Below are positions 28,135 to 43,800 of a stretch of 64,000 nucleotides of DNA, in pieces; position 1 is the first letter of the stretch; the number at the start of each line of letters is the position of its first letter. The stretch lies in the NCBI RefSeq assembly GCF_009914755.1, contig NC_060930.1. The stretch is one strand, 5' to 3'. The notes under the pieces were generated by a model. It was not told the DNA's origin and did no database searches. It was given only the letters and a program-made list of their open reading frames with translations. The stretch comes from the human T2T-CHM13v2.0 reference genome, Homo sapiens. A program made the position numbers and the translations under genes.

Positions 28135-28530
28135 TTAGGTGGTCACTCTGGGGATAAAAGATATGGCCACCTTCAAGGGGCTTTAGGGGAAAATCTGTTC
28201 CATTTCCTTTTCTAGCTTCTAGAACTGCTTTCTTATCATCCTTGGTTTATGCCCACCTTTTCCTTCATCTGTAAAGACAACAGTGTAACATGGTTGCTTC
28301 AATCCTCACATAGCCTTTTTCTTCTATCTTCAAATCTCTTTCTGCTTCCCTCTGATAAGGATACTCCTGATTACATTTAGGACACACACAGATAATCCAG
28401 GATAATGTCCTCAATATCCTTAATTTAATTGCATCTGCAAAATCCCTATTACCATATAAAGTAACTTTCACAAGTTCCACAGGTTCCAGGAATTGGAACC
28501 TCATCTCTTTAGTGGCCATCAAGTCTACCC
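28135..28530 (-). mobile_element. MaLR LTR fragment (MLT1C/D-like)
   Basis: cagataatccaggataatgtcctc...taattgcatctgcaaaatccctattaccatataaagtaac. Confidence 0.75.
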
Positions 28531-28923
28531 TTTGATCATCTGGCTACTCTCTGGCATTCTATATACAAAGGTAGCCCTCCAGTTAGCACATCAAAAAGCC
28601 ATGGTTTTCAAATTAAATTCCATTGCATTCTTAAATTATATTCTACTAATTACATGAAATTATTTTTTCTTTGAAGTTTCTTTCTAATCAACTACCACTA
28701 CCTTATTACTGGGATATTATCTTTAGCTTCAATTATGGCATCCATTTTCCATGTAATCTGCCTGTCTCTAACCATACTCAGTCCTACTTCATAGCAGCCA
28801 GAATTACTTTTCTAAAAATTAAACACAGCTATGTTACTCAGCTCCTTAGAAAGACTCTGCTTATTTTTACCATTCATGGGACAAAATCTAAACTTACACT
28901 TTGGAATAAGCTGTTCACTGTAG

Positions 28924-29230
<307 letters not shown>

Positions 29231-29329
29231 TCCATTGTCTTTCTTATCACCCACATCATTCCATTCAGTACACCATATGCTCCCACTACACTGAGGATTA
29301 ACACTACTTTACAAATCTGTACTATAAAA

Positions 29330-29640
29330 TTAACTCCAGTATTTTGCTTGGAAATCTCCCATTTATCATTCAGGAAGGCAGGTGCTAAATTTCATAACGA
29401 TTTTTCTCCCTTCTGCAATGTATAAAAATGGCTGCTCCATCTTTTGGGTTTTCACAATTCAGTCTTATTTCTTGTATAATATTTGTTGTATGGTGTTAAT
29501 TTTTTAAAATAACCACTCTATCCCCTCAACATGAATTTGGGCATGTGAAAAGTACTGTGCCCAGTTCATCTTTGTAGTCCCAAAGCCTAGAACTCAGCAG
29601 AAAGAAGACATTGGACAAATGTGATTAGTTAAATGAATGA
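29330..29640 (+). mobile_element. L2 3' fragment
   Basis: ttcatctttgtagtcccaaagcctagaac...aaatgaatga terminal motif. Confidence 0.55.
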
Positions 29641-30331
29641 GGCCTTCAGAGGCAAGTGAAATGAACTAGTGCCCACAATACAACATAAAAGACAAATTTG
29701 TACCCTCTCTTCAAGATTACAGCCATATATAACACTAGAGTCCTCTCAAGAAATAATCTTTGATTAAACAGGAAATTAACTTCGATTTTTAAAATAAATA
29801 TGGGTATTTATTATTACTTACAGAAACAGTAAAAAAATGTATATAAAACACATCTGTTAACACTTGACCCAAGATTTTTTTTTATGGGAAGTTTAAAATT
29901 ACTCAGTGATGCAGTTGTTCTATAAATTTTCCACTGCCTTGAAAACTATGGCAATTTTATATTTTCAAAACTTGTTTAAAAAATAATTTTGCTGATCAAA
30001 TAAATGTGTTATTCTTTCAAAATATATTTATATGAGTTTCTTCATTTACAAATTAAATTTTAAAATGTTTGCAATTTTTCTGATCTAAAACCTTTGTATA
30101 TTCACTCAAAAATACTTTTCTCCAATCAATCTCTTTCTCCTTTTGAATTGTTACCTGAGAGGGTCTGATTGCTTTATATAGATGCTCGAAGCAGTATTAT
30201 TTTTTTCAGAAAATAAAACAATCACATTACCTAGGACCCTCAATTTGGCTTCCAAAATTCTGCTTGTCAAAAGCTGGATTGCCTACTCCATGTTTATTTT
30301 CTTTACTAGTCAATAGCCCCATTGGCTGTTT

Positions 30332-31200
30332 TTGTGGTTGCCATGGTGTGCCCCCAGATCTGTCTTCATAGCTGAGGCTCTCTTAGCCCCAGCTTCCCAG
30401 ACTGTTGGCAGTTGAAAACTCATAGCTGAGTCTTTGCCTAGGACCTGTCCTTACCTGAAAGGAGATGCTTTGCTCTTCTTCCAACCCCAGACCACATCCA
30501 ATCATTGCTTTATATGAAGGTACAAAGACCAAGCTCTTTTCCCTCAATTCAAGATATCTCTAATGAGGTACCCCAGCTCAAGCACTTTCTGTGGGATTGC
30601 CCAAGATCTCTGTTATAATTGCTGTTCAAATTGTCTATTTCTCTTTCCTTCACTCTCTCACAGACATTGTTTTCTGAGTATTTCACAATCAACTCCTTGC
30701 GTGAAAAAAAAAAAAATCTCATTTCCTAAAACTTTTCCTGGGGAATCTCCCTTAAAAGAGTTGGAGACCGGCATGGCCTAGGACATGGACTGTAAAATGA
30801 TGCTTTGAAGCTAAATTGTCAGCTGAAAGAAAAAAGTCTCTGTCAGTGGTTGCAGGTGGAGTGTGAATGGCCCATAGCATGCTGTAGTAGGGCAACTGTT
30901 AAAACTTGCTACTAGCTGGGGACTGGATCAGGATACCAGAGAATGTCTTTGCAAATGCAGTATCGCACACATTTGTGAGGAACAGTGGGAGTGGAAATCA
31001 CAATAATGTAATCAGATGGCTCTTGCTGGGTATCATTAAGGCATTGAAAAAGGCAAAGATTAAGGGTGAATAATCACCATTTTAAAGAATGAAACTTAGG
31101 GGGTCACTTTGGAAGCATTTAGACTCCATTCTTGGCAGCCACAGATCTGTAAAAAATGAGGGCCAGGTCCAGGACTTACTTCTAAGGACAGTAGAGCCCA
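30332..31200 (+). mobile_element. LTR16-type ERVL LTR followed by the start of its internal region
   Basis: LTR16-like to ~30760 (tttcctggggaatctcccttaaaaga), then ERVL leader/gag-like ggcccatagcatgctgtagtagggcaactgttaaaactt. Confidence 0.6.
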
Positions 31201-31617
31201 AATTCCCTGGAACCCACTAGGACTGTAGAAGAAGCCACTTCTTTTGCTTGAAGATGGTGCAGACATCTCTGCATTCCAAGATAATAACATGAAACTGCTC
31301 TCCCTAGGATTTAATCCCACATAGCTAGTGATGTTAAGATTATATGATAAGCCTTCCAAGCAAAGTCTTCCTTCACACAGAGGTTACTAGCCTATCTCCA
31401 CACATACAAAGGCAGTAAAAGGTCTAAACAATTGTACCAAATGTGAAGTCTCAAAGGCCTAGTAGAATTTCACCTTGGTACTCTTCAGTCTGTGACCCCA
31501 GATGTTACCTAAACTTTCCAATCTCATACTATGTAAAATTGCTTTAGATTGTCATACCAATGATTATAAAATCTGTGGCTTTAATACAGTAGCTATTTCT
31601 ATAATAAGAATGTAATA

Positions 31618-34435
31618 CAGTTGTTCCATGAACAACACAGGTTTGAAATGGACACATACATTTATAAGCAGATTTTTTTCAATAAGTATTGTTGGAAAAT
31701 TTGGGGTAGATTTGTAACAATGTAGAAACCTCAAATATGAATTGCCAAGCCTAGAAATACAAAAAAAAAAAGTTGTGAAAAAGTTAGAAATGTAATGAAT
31801 GCATAAAGTGTATGTAGATACTAGTTTATCGTATTATTCACTACCATAAAATATACACAAATCCACTGTGAAAAGTTAAAATTTATCAAAGACTAAGCAA
31901 ACAAACACAGATCATACATAGTGCTCATACATCCCGAGTAGCTGGGATTACAGGCATGGGCTCCTATGCCCGGCTAATTTTTATATTTTTAGTAGAGATG
32001 GGGTTTCGTCATGTTGGCCAGGCTGGTCTGGAATCCTTGACCTCAGGTACTCTGCTCACCTTGGCCTCCCAAAGTGCTAGAATTACAGGCGTGAACCACT
32101 GTGCCTGGCCACTGCAATAATTTTATAACCACCTCCTGTAGCTATTGCAGTGATCCCAAGTGTTATGAGTAGCCACTTAAAACATCATGTGATGCTAATC
32201 ATCTCCAAGTGAGCAGTTATCTCTCCAGCAAATTGTGCATCACAGTAAAAAGTGATTTTTCAAAGTTCTTATAGATTTTTCTTCCTGTTTAGTACAATAC
32301 GTAAACCTTGAATAACACCACTGAACCCATATGAAGTGCCACTAGTGATGCTGCAAGTGCTCCCAAAGAGCAGAGAAAAGTCATGACATTACAAGAAAAA
32401 GTTAAATTGCTTGATATGTACCATAGAATGAGGTCTGCAGTTGCTGCCATTTTGAGATAAATGAATTCAGACTAAGAACCATTGTGATAAAGAAAAGAAA
32501 ATTTGTGACACCATCACTGCAGCTACATCAGCAGATGTGAAAACTGCACTTCTTTTTGTGAAATATATTTATTTTTAATCTCATATTTAAAATGCAGCTT
32601 TTATGGAGATTCAGGATTGCTCTAAGGAAGGCATAACTATAGACTCTGATATAATGCAAGAAAAAGCAAAATCATTATATGATAACTTAGAGCAAAATGA
32701 AGGTGAAGGATTTCAAGCTGGAAAATTTAATGCCAACAAAGGATGGCTTGATAATTTTAGGAAGAGTTTGGCTTAATACATTTCAAGATAACAGGAGAAG
32801 CAGCTTCTGCTGCCCAAGAGGCAGCAGCAGAGTTCCCAGATGCCAATAAGAAAATCACTGAGGAAAAATGATATTTGCCTGAACAAATGCAGATGAAAGT
32901 GTCCTATTCCAGAAAAAAAAAAGCCACAAAGGACATTCATTAGCATGGATGAAAAGTGAGCATCGGGACTTAAGGCGGTAGAGATAGGCTAACTCTACTG
33001 TTTTATACAAACACACTTGGGTTTATTATGATCAGGGCTGCTCTTATCTATAAAGCTGCTACACACTAAGTTTGAAGGGAAAAAAAATAAACAGCTTCCA
33101 GTTTTTTGGTTGTAAAACATGAAGGCCTGGACAATGAGAAACCTTTTTCTGACTTGGTTCCATTGATGCTTTGTTTCTGAAATCAGGAAGTACTTAGCAA
33201 GTAAGGGACTACTTTTAAAAATTCTTTTGATAGTGGACATGCCCCTAGCCACTGACAACCCCTTGAGTTCAACAGTGAAGGTGTCAAAGTGCTCTATTTG
33301 TCCTTAAGCACAATGTGTCTAATTCAGCTTCTACATAGGGGATCATAAGAATATTTAAGGTTAATTACACACAGTACTCTCTAGAAAGGATTGTCAGTGC
33401 TGGAAGAGAATCCCGATAGAGAGAACATCATGAAATTGTGGAAGAATTATAACATTGGAGATGCCTTTGTTGTTACAGAAAAGTAATGAAAGCCATCAAG
33501 CATAATTAAGTAAGTTCTTGCTGAAGAAAACTGTATCCAAATGTTATACAAAACTTCCCAGATTTATGATGATGCCAATCCAGGAAATCATGAAAGAGAT
33601 TGTGGATATGGCAAAAAAAAAGAATAAAGAAAAAACATGGTCAGGGGGTAAAGCGTTTCTAGCAATGTATCTTGGAGAAATTCAAGAGCTAACACACACC
33701 ACACCAAACAAATTAGCAGAAGACCACCTGATGATGATTTCTTATGAACCAGTGCCAGAAGATGAGAAAGAAGACGTGGAAGAAGACATAGAAAAAGCAT
33801 TGCCAGAAAACATTTTGACATTAGGCAATCTGGCAGAAGAGTTCTGATTGCTCAACGTTGGTTTTGATTTCTTTTAGGACATAGACTCTTCTATAATACA
33901 GCTACTGAAACTAAAGCAAATGGCAGGAGAAGGATTGGTACTGTACAGAAACATTCCTATAGAAATGAAAAAGAAAACAGTTATGACAAAAGTTACTATG
34001 TATTTTCATGAAGTTACAGAATGTGTCTCTCTCCTGCCTCTCCTTCCACCTCTTCCACCTCTGCCACTCCTGAGACAGCAAAGCCAATCCCTCCTGTTCC
34101 TCCTCTTCCTCACTCTAGCCAATCCCTCCTCTTCCTCACTCTACTCAATGTGAAGACAATAAGGACCTTAAAGATGACTCAATTCTCCTTAATGAATAGT
34201 AGATATATTTTCTCTTCCTTATGATTTTCTTATAACATTATTTTCTCTAGCTTACTTTATTGTAAGAATAGAGTAATGCATATAATATAGAAAACGTGTT
34301 AGTAGACTACATTACTGGTAAGTCTTCCAGTCAACAGTTGGCTATTAGTAATTGTTTGAGGAGTCAAAAGTTTTACATAGATTTTGACTATTTCAGGGGT
34401 TGGTGCCCCCAACACCCACATTGTTCAAATGCAAT
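31618..34435 (+). mobile_element. Near full-length Tigger2 DNA transposon with decayed transposase
   Basis: TIR-like cagttgttccatgaacaacacagg and ttgttcaaatgcaatt. Transposase-like sequence runs from ~32320 (cagagaaaagtcatgacattacaagaaaaagtt) with many stops and frameshifts. Confidence 0.88.
31932..32110 (-). mobile_element. 3'-truncated AluS inside Tigger2
   Basis: Left arm, linker and only ~45 nt of right arm. No tail and no TSD. Confidence 0.9.
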
Positions 34436-35984
34436 TTAAGATGTTACCTACCAATAAATATTAATACTAGGCATTATAGGTCTTATCTCTAGGTATGTTC
34501 TTTAGAGTAAAAAGCCTACTTTCCCAATTCACCTCTAATGTATATGAATCCAAATTAAATTAATAAGTGATTGAGAAGAATCACAGGTAGAAAAATCTGT
34601 AGGCATTTTAATTTTTCAATATCTCCACTATATCAGGTATCATTTTAAAATATAATTTATAATAAATATGGATCTGACTTCACTATTATTTTGTACTATA
34701 TGATTTATAGCCCTATATACCGAAAGGACTAGAAATACTGTTATTTTTATAGGAGCATAATTAAGTAAAATTGCCCAATATTCTTTGACAAAATAATACA
34801 CCTAGGAGAATCTCAGCCTTTCAGAAAACAAATCTATAGGAAAGACATCTTGTTGATTCACTTAACAGATACTTACTGACTACCCTTCTATGTACTAGGC
34901 ACTAGCCACTGGGCAAATAATCAATAAGCTATATCACATCATTACTCTTACGTCATAAGTAAGACATAGATGTCTTCCTTATGTATGTGTATATAAAATC
35001 ATCATAGTCTGTGCTGTGAAGAAAAGGGAGTGTTAAAACATACATCTAACAATAACACATAATTTAGCTTGGCGGGTTATGTGATTTTTTTATCACACTT
35101 TGTGGTGAAAATAGTTTACTTTTCTCTCTCTCTAAGAGTCCCAAAGGAAGAGATTGTGTATTGTTTACCATTCTATATTCATTTTAAAGCACAGCATTGG
35201 GAAACTTTATTATTTTTGAATGAGTGCATAAACTAATCTAGAAAAACAAACTGAGAGCACATAAAGTCAGTGATTCATGGAGCATTTATTAACTGAAGAT
35301 AGTGCTAAGTCTTTCCTAAGTCTTAAAGACTCAAAGTGTAAACTGCAGTATAATTGTGGAAACCAAATAATGGAAAATTATTCTTTGGAAATATTACCTG
35401 CATTTTTCGTAAAGCAGGCATTATTTCTCATTTTTAAAATGGGCTTTATTATAATTTCCAAGTCAAAAGGGTGAAATTCCTTTCTGTTTTAGATAAACAT
35501 AGATAAGTCAAATTAAAATATGAGACAAAATATACAGAAAGATAATTCATTTTTTCCCTCAAAAGCAAAGGAAGTTTTAAATAACTTAAATAAATTTAGA
35601 AAACATTCATTGAGAAAGAGAATATACACAGCAGCATGAAAAAGCATTTCACATTGGATTCCATCATTACATTTATGAGCTTCTAAGAATTCACAGATTA
35701 TAAGCACATTATCAAAGTAATTTCTTAAAATCATTTGTTTATATATTTATAAATTGCCTTAAGGAACAACCAGAGACATCTATTCAAAAATCGTATGTAC
35801 AGCATAAAGCACTAAGCAAAAGAAATAGATTCTGGCCAAGTTAACCAAAATAAAGAAAAGTATGAAAGGGGATATAATGTATTTGAAGACTATTGGGTTA
35901 ACTTACAATAAAATAAGGGAAAATAAAAGCCTTCTCATGTAAAATCCAAGGTACTTCTTGTGATTCAAACGGTCATTTTTGGCA

Positions 35985-36135
35985 GCTTGATCTGAATCAC
36001 CTGAGGTGCTTGTTAAAAATGATGGATTCTTGAGTTCCAGCTCATAATTACTGAATCAGACTATCTAGTAATGGCCTCCAGGAATCTGCATTTTTAACCC
36101 CATCAGGAAGGATAATTAAGCATTTTAATATTTGT
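35985..36135. mobile_element. MER5-type hAT MITE
   Basis: gaatcacctgaggtgcttgttaaaaat...actgaatcaga...ccaggaatctgcatttttaac. Confidence 0.75.
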
Positions 36136-37957
36136 TCTTAGAGTGACTCTGCTCCAAAGTTTCCAAATACAATGTTTTTCTACAAATGTCAAAAATTTGG
36201 GGGAGATTAAACTACATTTTCCACTCCAAGTTGCAGAACCGTCTCTATCTTCATGTCCTTATAGGATACATATTATATTACACTGTCAATGGCATTATTT
36301 GTGTGGATACTTCTCTCTTAAGTTTTCCATAATTTATGAGCTTATTTAGACTAGCATCTTGATAGTCTGTGTATACCGCACAGCACAAAGAACAAGGACT
36401 TTTCACGTTTATGTGCTTAAATGTTACTTGAATTGAATGACATTGATAACATACAAGAGTAATGACAGTTTTATGGGTAAGAATATTACATTGAATGGAC
36501 TTCTTGGTGTGTGCATAAATTTAAAATTGTAAAACTTATTCTGAGTCTTATTAGTTCATTTTATACAAGAGTAAAAAATGACAGCAGGCTCATGGTTAAA
36601 TTTAATGGAAACCAGAGGTCCCCAGAGAATCAAAGTCATAATCAATCATTTCTTTTCTCATATATTTAGTAAAATATACCAAGTTTCAAAATCTTTTTAT
36701 TTCTCTGAAAATTGCATTTGAGATTGATTAGGTCAGGAGCTGCACACATTTTTAAAATCATTTAGCTGCTCATCCTGATATCTCTCTGAGAATTTCTGAT
36801 ATTGATTAGAAACTGCACCACTTATTGAATAAGATATAAAAACGATAATTTTGTTTTTGACAACACCCGCCTGTATTAATTTATGTGCAAAAAGACAGCT
36901 TTCCTTGTTAAAAAAAATACATTACTATAAATATAAATAATGTAAAATTCAAGACTCAGAGCAAAAACTCCTTCTCTCTGTGCTGTAACTTAAAAATAAT
37001 TCCCCAGGAGGAAAGGGCTCTGGTTATTTGGACAGTATATGTGAGATGCAGACATCTGTTAGGATATTTTTTCCCTTATTTTTTTAAAAAAGTTTTTGCA
37101 TTGTAGTTCCAATCTCTCCAATACGTGTCATATTCACATGAATAGCTGTCTTTGCAAAATTAAACAAATGAATAAATAAAGCCCTGAAGACTCATTATTA
37201 ACAAGTGACCATTTGTTTCAAATATTGTTTAGCTAAAATAGATATCCCATATAAACTAAGAGTTAATAGAATCACAGGGGCCTTTAATAAAATTCTGTAA
37301 GAACTTTTGCTGGAAAAGCTGAATCTCCTAAAAATCCCTTCTTTTGATTTTTATAATTCATAAATTTTCTTTTGATTTGGTAAGCAAACATTATCATTTG
37401 GTAATAATTATTTTGAAAATAAACATTTTTATTACATGTTATTGAAAATATATGTTAAATGAAATGCCTATTTAAATAAAACTAAATACTGTACTAAAAA
37501 CTGGAGGCCTATTTTATGTGATTTTTTTAAAAAAAGCTAATTTGATAAAACATTTTATACTATATTTTCAGTAATATCTATAGAGAAATAGCTGCAGTAA
37601 GTTCAAATAACATTTTAAAATAAACTAGTTTGACTGAAAATATTTGCCTAACTTTATTAAATGAATCTATTATAATGATACATATGCATTTTTAAATATA
37701 AATGAAATGAACTAAGAATACAATTATTACTGAAAAGCAAGTGACAGTAAAAGAAGCTATCAAACTTTACATTGTTTGAATATATTGAACCGCCTCTTTT
37801 TTGACTTACATTGTTCAAATATATTCAACAGCCTCTTTTTTGCTGAAATTTCTTGGCAAGAGTTCATTAATAAGTATGTGATGAATGTAAAATAAGAAAT
37901 ATTCAAAGTGCCATGCCTTACTATTTTACATATTGGCCTATTTTATAATTCAGAGTG

Positions 37958-38312
37958 GTGTTTGGTTTATTCAGGCTGCTATTAAAAAAAAAAACATGAA
38001 CTAAGTGGTTTATAAACAACAGAAATTTACTTCTTATAATTCTGGTGACTGGGAAGTTCAAAATCAAGTTTGCTGACAAATTCAGTATCTGCTGAGGCCT
38101 ACTTCCTAAATCATAGGTGGCCATCCTTCTACCATAACTTTACATGGCAGTAGGAAAGAGAGGACTCCCCCTTTTATAAAAGCAGTAATCTCATTTATTG
38201 GGGGCTCCATGATCTAACCACCTTGAAATGCTCCACCTACTAATACCATTGCTTTGGGGGTAGGATTTTCATATATGAATTTTAAGGGGATATAAACATT
38301 TAGAACATAGCA
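37958..38312 (-). mobile_element. MaLR solo LTR (MLT1A/MST-like)
   Basis: ttcaggctgctat...ataaacaacagaaattt...aaacatttagaacatagca. Confidence 0.8.
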
Positions 38313-38400
38313 GCCATTTTTATCAAGTAGTGTTTATTATACATCATGAAATTCATCTCCATTCAAGACAAAAGAGAACTATGTTTCTGTCACTAATTTA

Positions 38401-40861
<2,461 letters not shown>

Positions 40862-43800
40862 TATTTTAACAATTTTATGAAGTAACCAATGCGAACTTAA
40901 AACAAGATGAAAATAAATTTTTCCTACACAGAAATGAAACTATGTTAGTGTACTAGCTAATTAATTATATTATTAGTTAGTGGCATAAATCTCAAGATTA
41001 TGAGAAACTTGATAGAACTGACCTAAGTAGAGCTAACTGCCCACCTCCCGTGGGAAAAAAAGAGGAACCATAATGGCTTTCCTGATTACATTTAATAGCA
41101 TAATTCTGACTGGGAATTACACTTTGCACTACTTTTCTTTGTCTTTTTTGAGCAGAGCAGGACCTGTACTCTGGAAGCATCTGACTGGAATGAAGAATGA
41201 GGAGAGAAAGCAAAGATCAGTTGTTGACAGGTAGATTAATTTATAGCTGTAATGGAATAAGAAATGATAAGGGGAATAAGTAAAATAAATAACCCAAGAG
41301 AATCAAGATTTAAAAAGTCAAGCAAAACACTTATTGCTAACATATAATAAAGATAAAGGACTGTTAGTTATGCAAGAGAAGTGTTTAAGCAGTATAGTCT
41401 CCTGAAAAATAAAGGATATTTTAAAAGATATACTATTGTATAGATTAATTAGCCAACATGATTAATATTTTTTAAAATTCCCACTAAGTTATTGTGAGTT
41501 GGACAAATTATTTTTAGTAGATGATAAAGTAAATAATATTTTCAACATTATTCTGGGATGTCACCACAATAAGTGATGCACAATCCTTGGAGACACTACC
41601 AAACTCTTTGTTCCAGGTGATGGTGTATAATAGAATCTCCTTCCAGTAAAATAAGTGACATCCTTTTAGTCCTCTATTGCTAAATTTTTTTAAAAGAAAA
41701 GGAAAGAAATACAGTAAGACTTTCTACTCTGAACTGGGCAATAATAAAAAATGTGCTGCAAGTTTTTTCTTTCCTTCTCTATAAAAAAAATGGCAATGCA
41801 AATTTTATTGTTATTTCAACATGCCACAATAATGTACAATCATTATGAAGAAATGATCTCAGTTTAAATGCTACTTCCCCCTTTAAGGCATTAAAATAGC
41901 ACAGAAAAATTTCAGAGGAATCAAGTTAAATCTAGGTCATCAACAGAATATATGGCTGGTTTCATGAAATGGCCCCAATTTGTGATAAGATTGATCATAT
42001 TTTAAATTAGTCTGTAGCCTCAAGATAATTCTCCAGAATGCCACAATAAATATATATGTCTTTATATGCTGTATATTTATTGTACATTAGTAAAACATGA
42101 ATTATTAAATACATATTTCTATAAATAGCAGCTGCATTTATATTACAGCATGTCTGATATTAGCTAATATCATTGCTTTAATGTAGCTGCATTAATACAT
42201 ATACTTTGTGTTCCTATCTCCTTCATATTGAAGAATGATGTAGGTTTATATGTTGTATATGCTTTGTTATGTTTTATGGTGAGACAATATAAGAATATCA
42301 AGGGAAAAATATGTTTAAAATCATTAGCAATGTCAAACTGAATGAGAGGACACATTCTAGTTTTATAAAACTAATGATTTCTCACCAGGCCTAAGACTTT
42401 AATAGTTGAGATGTGGTTTGTCATCTTCCATTTCATTTAAAAATACTTTGGAAATTGTCCATTTGAGTGAGTTAAGATAAAAAAAAACCTTTGAGGCTTA
42501 AAAATACCCTTAATTTAAAACTGGATATCTTAAAAGAGAATAAGACTTTTCAGGAAGGTACTGCTCTCATTTTAAAACAAAACAAAATAACAAAACTGAG
42601 GCCCAGATTTAAGTCGCTGTAATTCAATCATAAAATTCACTTAGAAAAGGTTTGATCAATAAATCAATAATTATAGAATTTGCCTAAGGTTATAAAGCCT
42701 CGGTGGATGAGCAATTCATTCCTATATCACATAATTATTAAGCATTGATTTTAATCCAGGCAATATACTGGGTTTTATAGATTCAAAGATAAATAATAAA
42801 CATTCCTGGCTTTCAAGAACTGACATGAGAAAAAGAATACGTAAAGCTACTGAATTAGAATGCAAGGTAATAGAGAAACCCAAGAAAACCTAAAACTTAA
42901 GTCATATTTTGTCATATTGCTCTTTAAAGTCCTTAACTGACTTCCCTCTTTTTAGAGTAAAAATCAAAGTTTGTATGATAGCCTACCAGGTCTTTCATCA
43001 GCTGCCTCTATGCCTTCTTTCTGAACAAATTCACTTTTGTTCATGTTTTTTTCACTGGAGCCACCCTTCACCTCCATTTCCATTTCTTGACAGATCAAAC
43101 ATGCCCTTCTTACCTTCTTCTAACCACCTGGCAAAAATCATCATTTCTTCTCTTACTATACCCATATATTTTATCATATTGGTCAGGTAACCGAAGCATA
43201 GAAAGATGACATAATTTCCTCAAAATTATAGATCCTGTACATGGTTGAGCCATAATTTGCATACGGGAGTCTGGTTTCAGATCCAACATCTTAACTGCTT
43301 TATTTTAAACCATTTTGTTTTACTGCCTCACTAGTAGGGGAATCCAAAAAGAAAAGAAAATGCAGACCATTTTTAAATGGTTTCTCTCAAGAGGTTTCCT
43401 CCTTGGCTTTGGGTTAGAAGGGAATAATTGGATACAAAATGGAGGGAGAGGGGGTTGTAAGTGACAATATGGAAAACAGAGTTTGGCCAAGCTTAGAACT
43501 ACTGCCAGATGTTACCAGTGGCTGTGTCTCCAAAGAATTAAAAACCAGTAATATGAAAGTACCTCACTGTAGGAAGGGTCCCCTTTTTAAACGAGGCAAC
43601 TCTAGATTTCAATAAGACCAGGCCACAATAGTACTTGTAGCAAGAGAAATCAAGAGAAGAGAACCATGCCAGCATTAATATCTTTCCTTTCCCTCTACAG
43701 GATTGGCTTAATTAGTGGGTGTGGCAAATGTAAATATAATGATTCAGTAAGCACAATCAATGTTACACTATTCCCATTTTTAATTATGTATCTCTGCATG

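Noticed and set aside
33518-34224. Acidic and Pro/Ser-rich ORFs
   Set aside because: These are decayed Tigger2 C-terminal sequence and low-complexity DNA.
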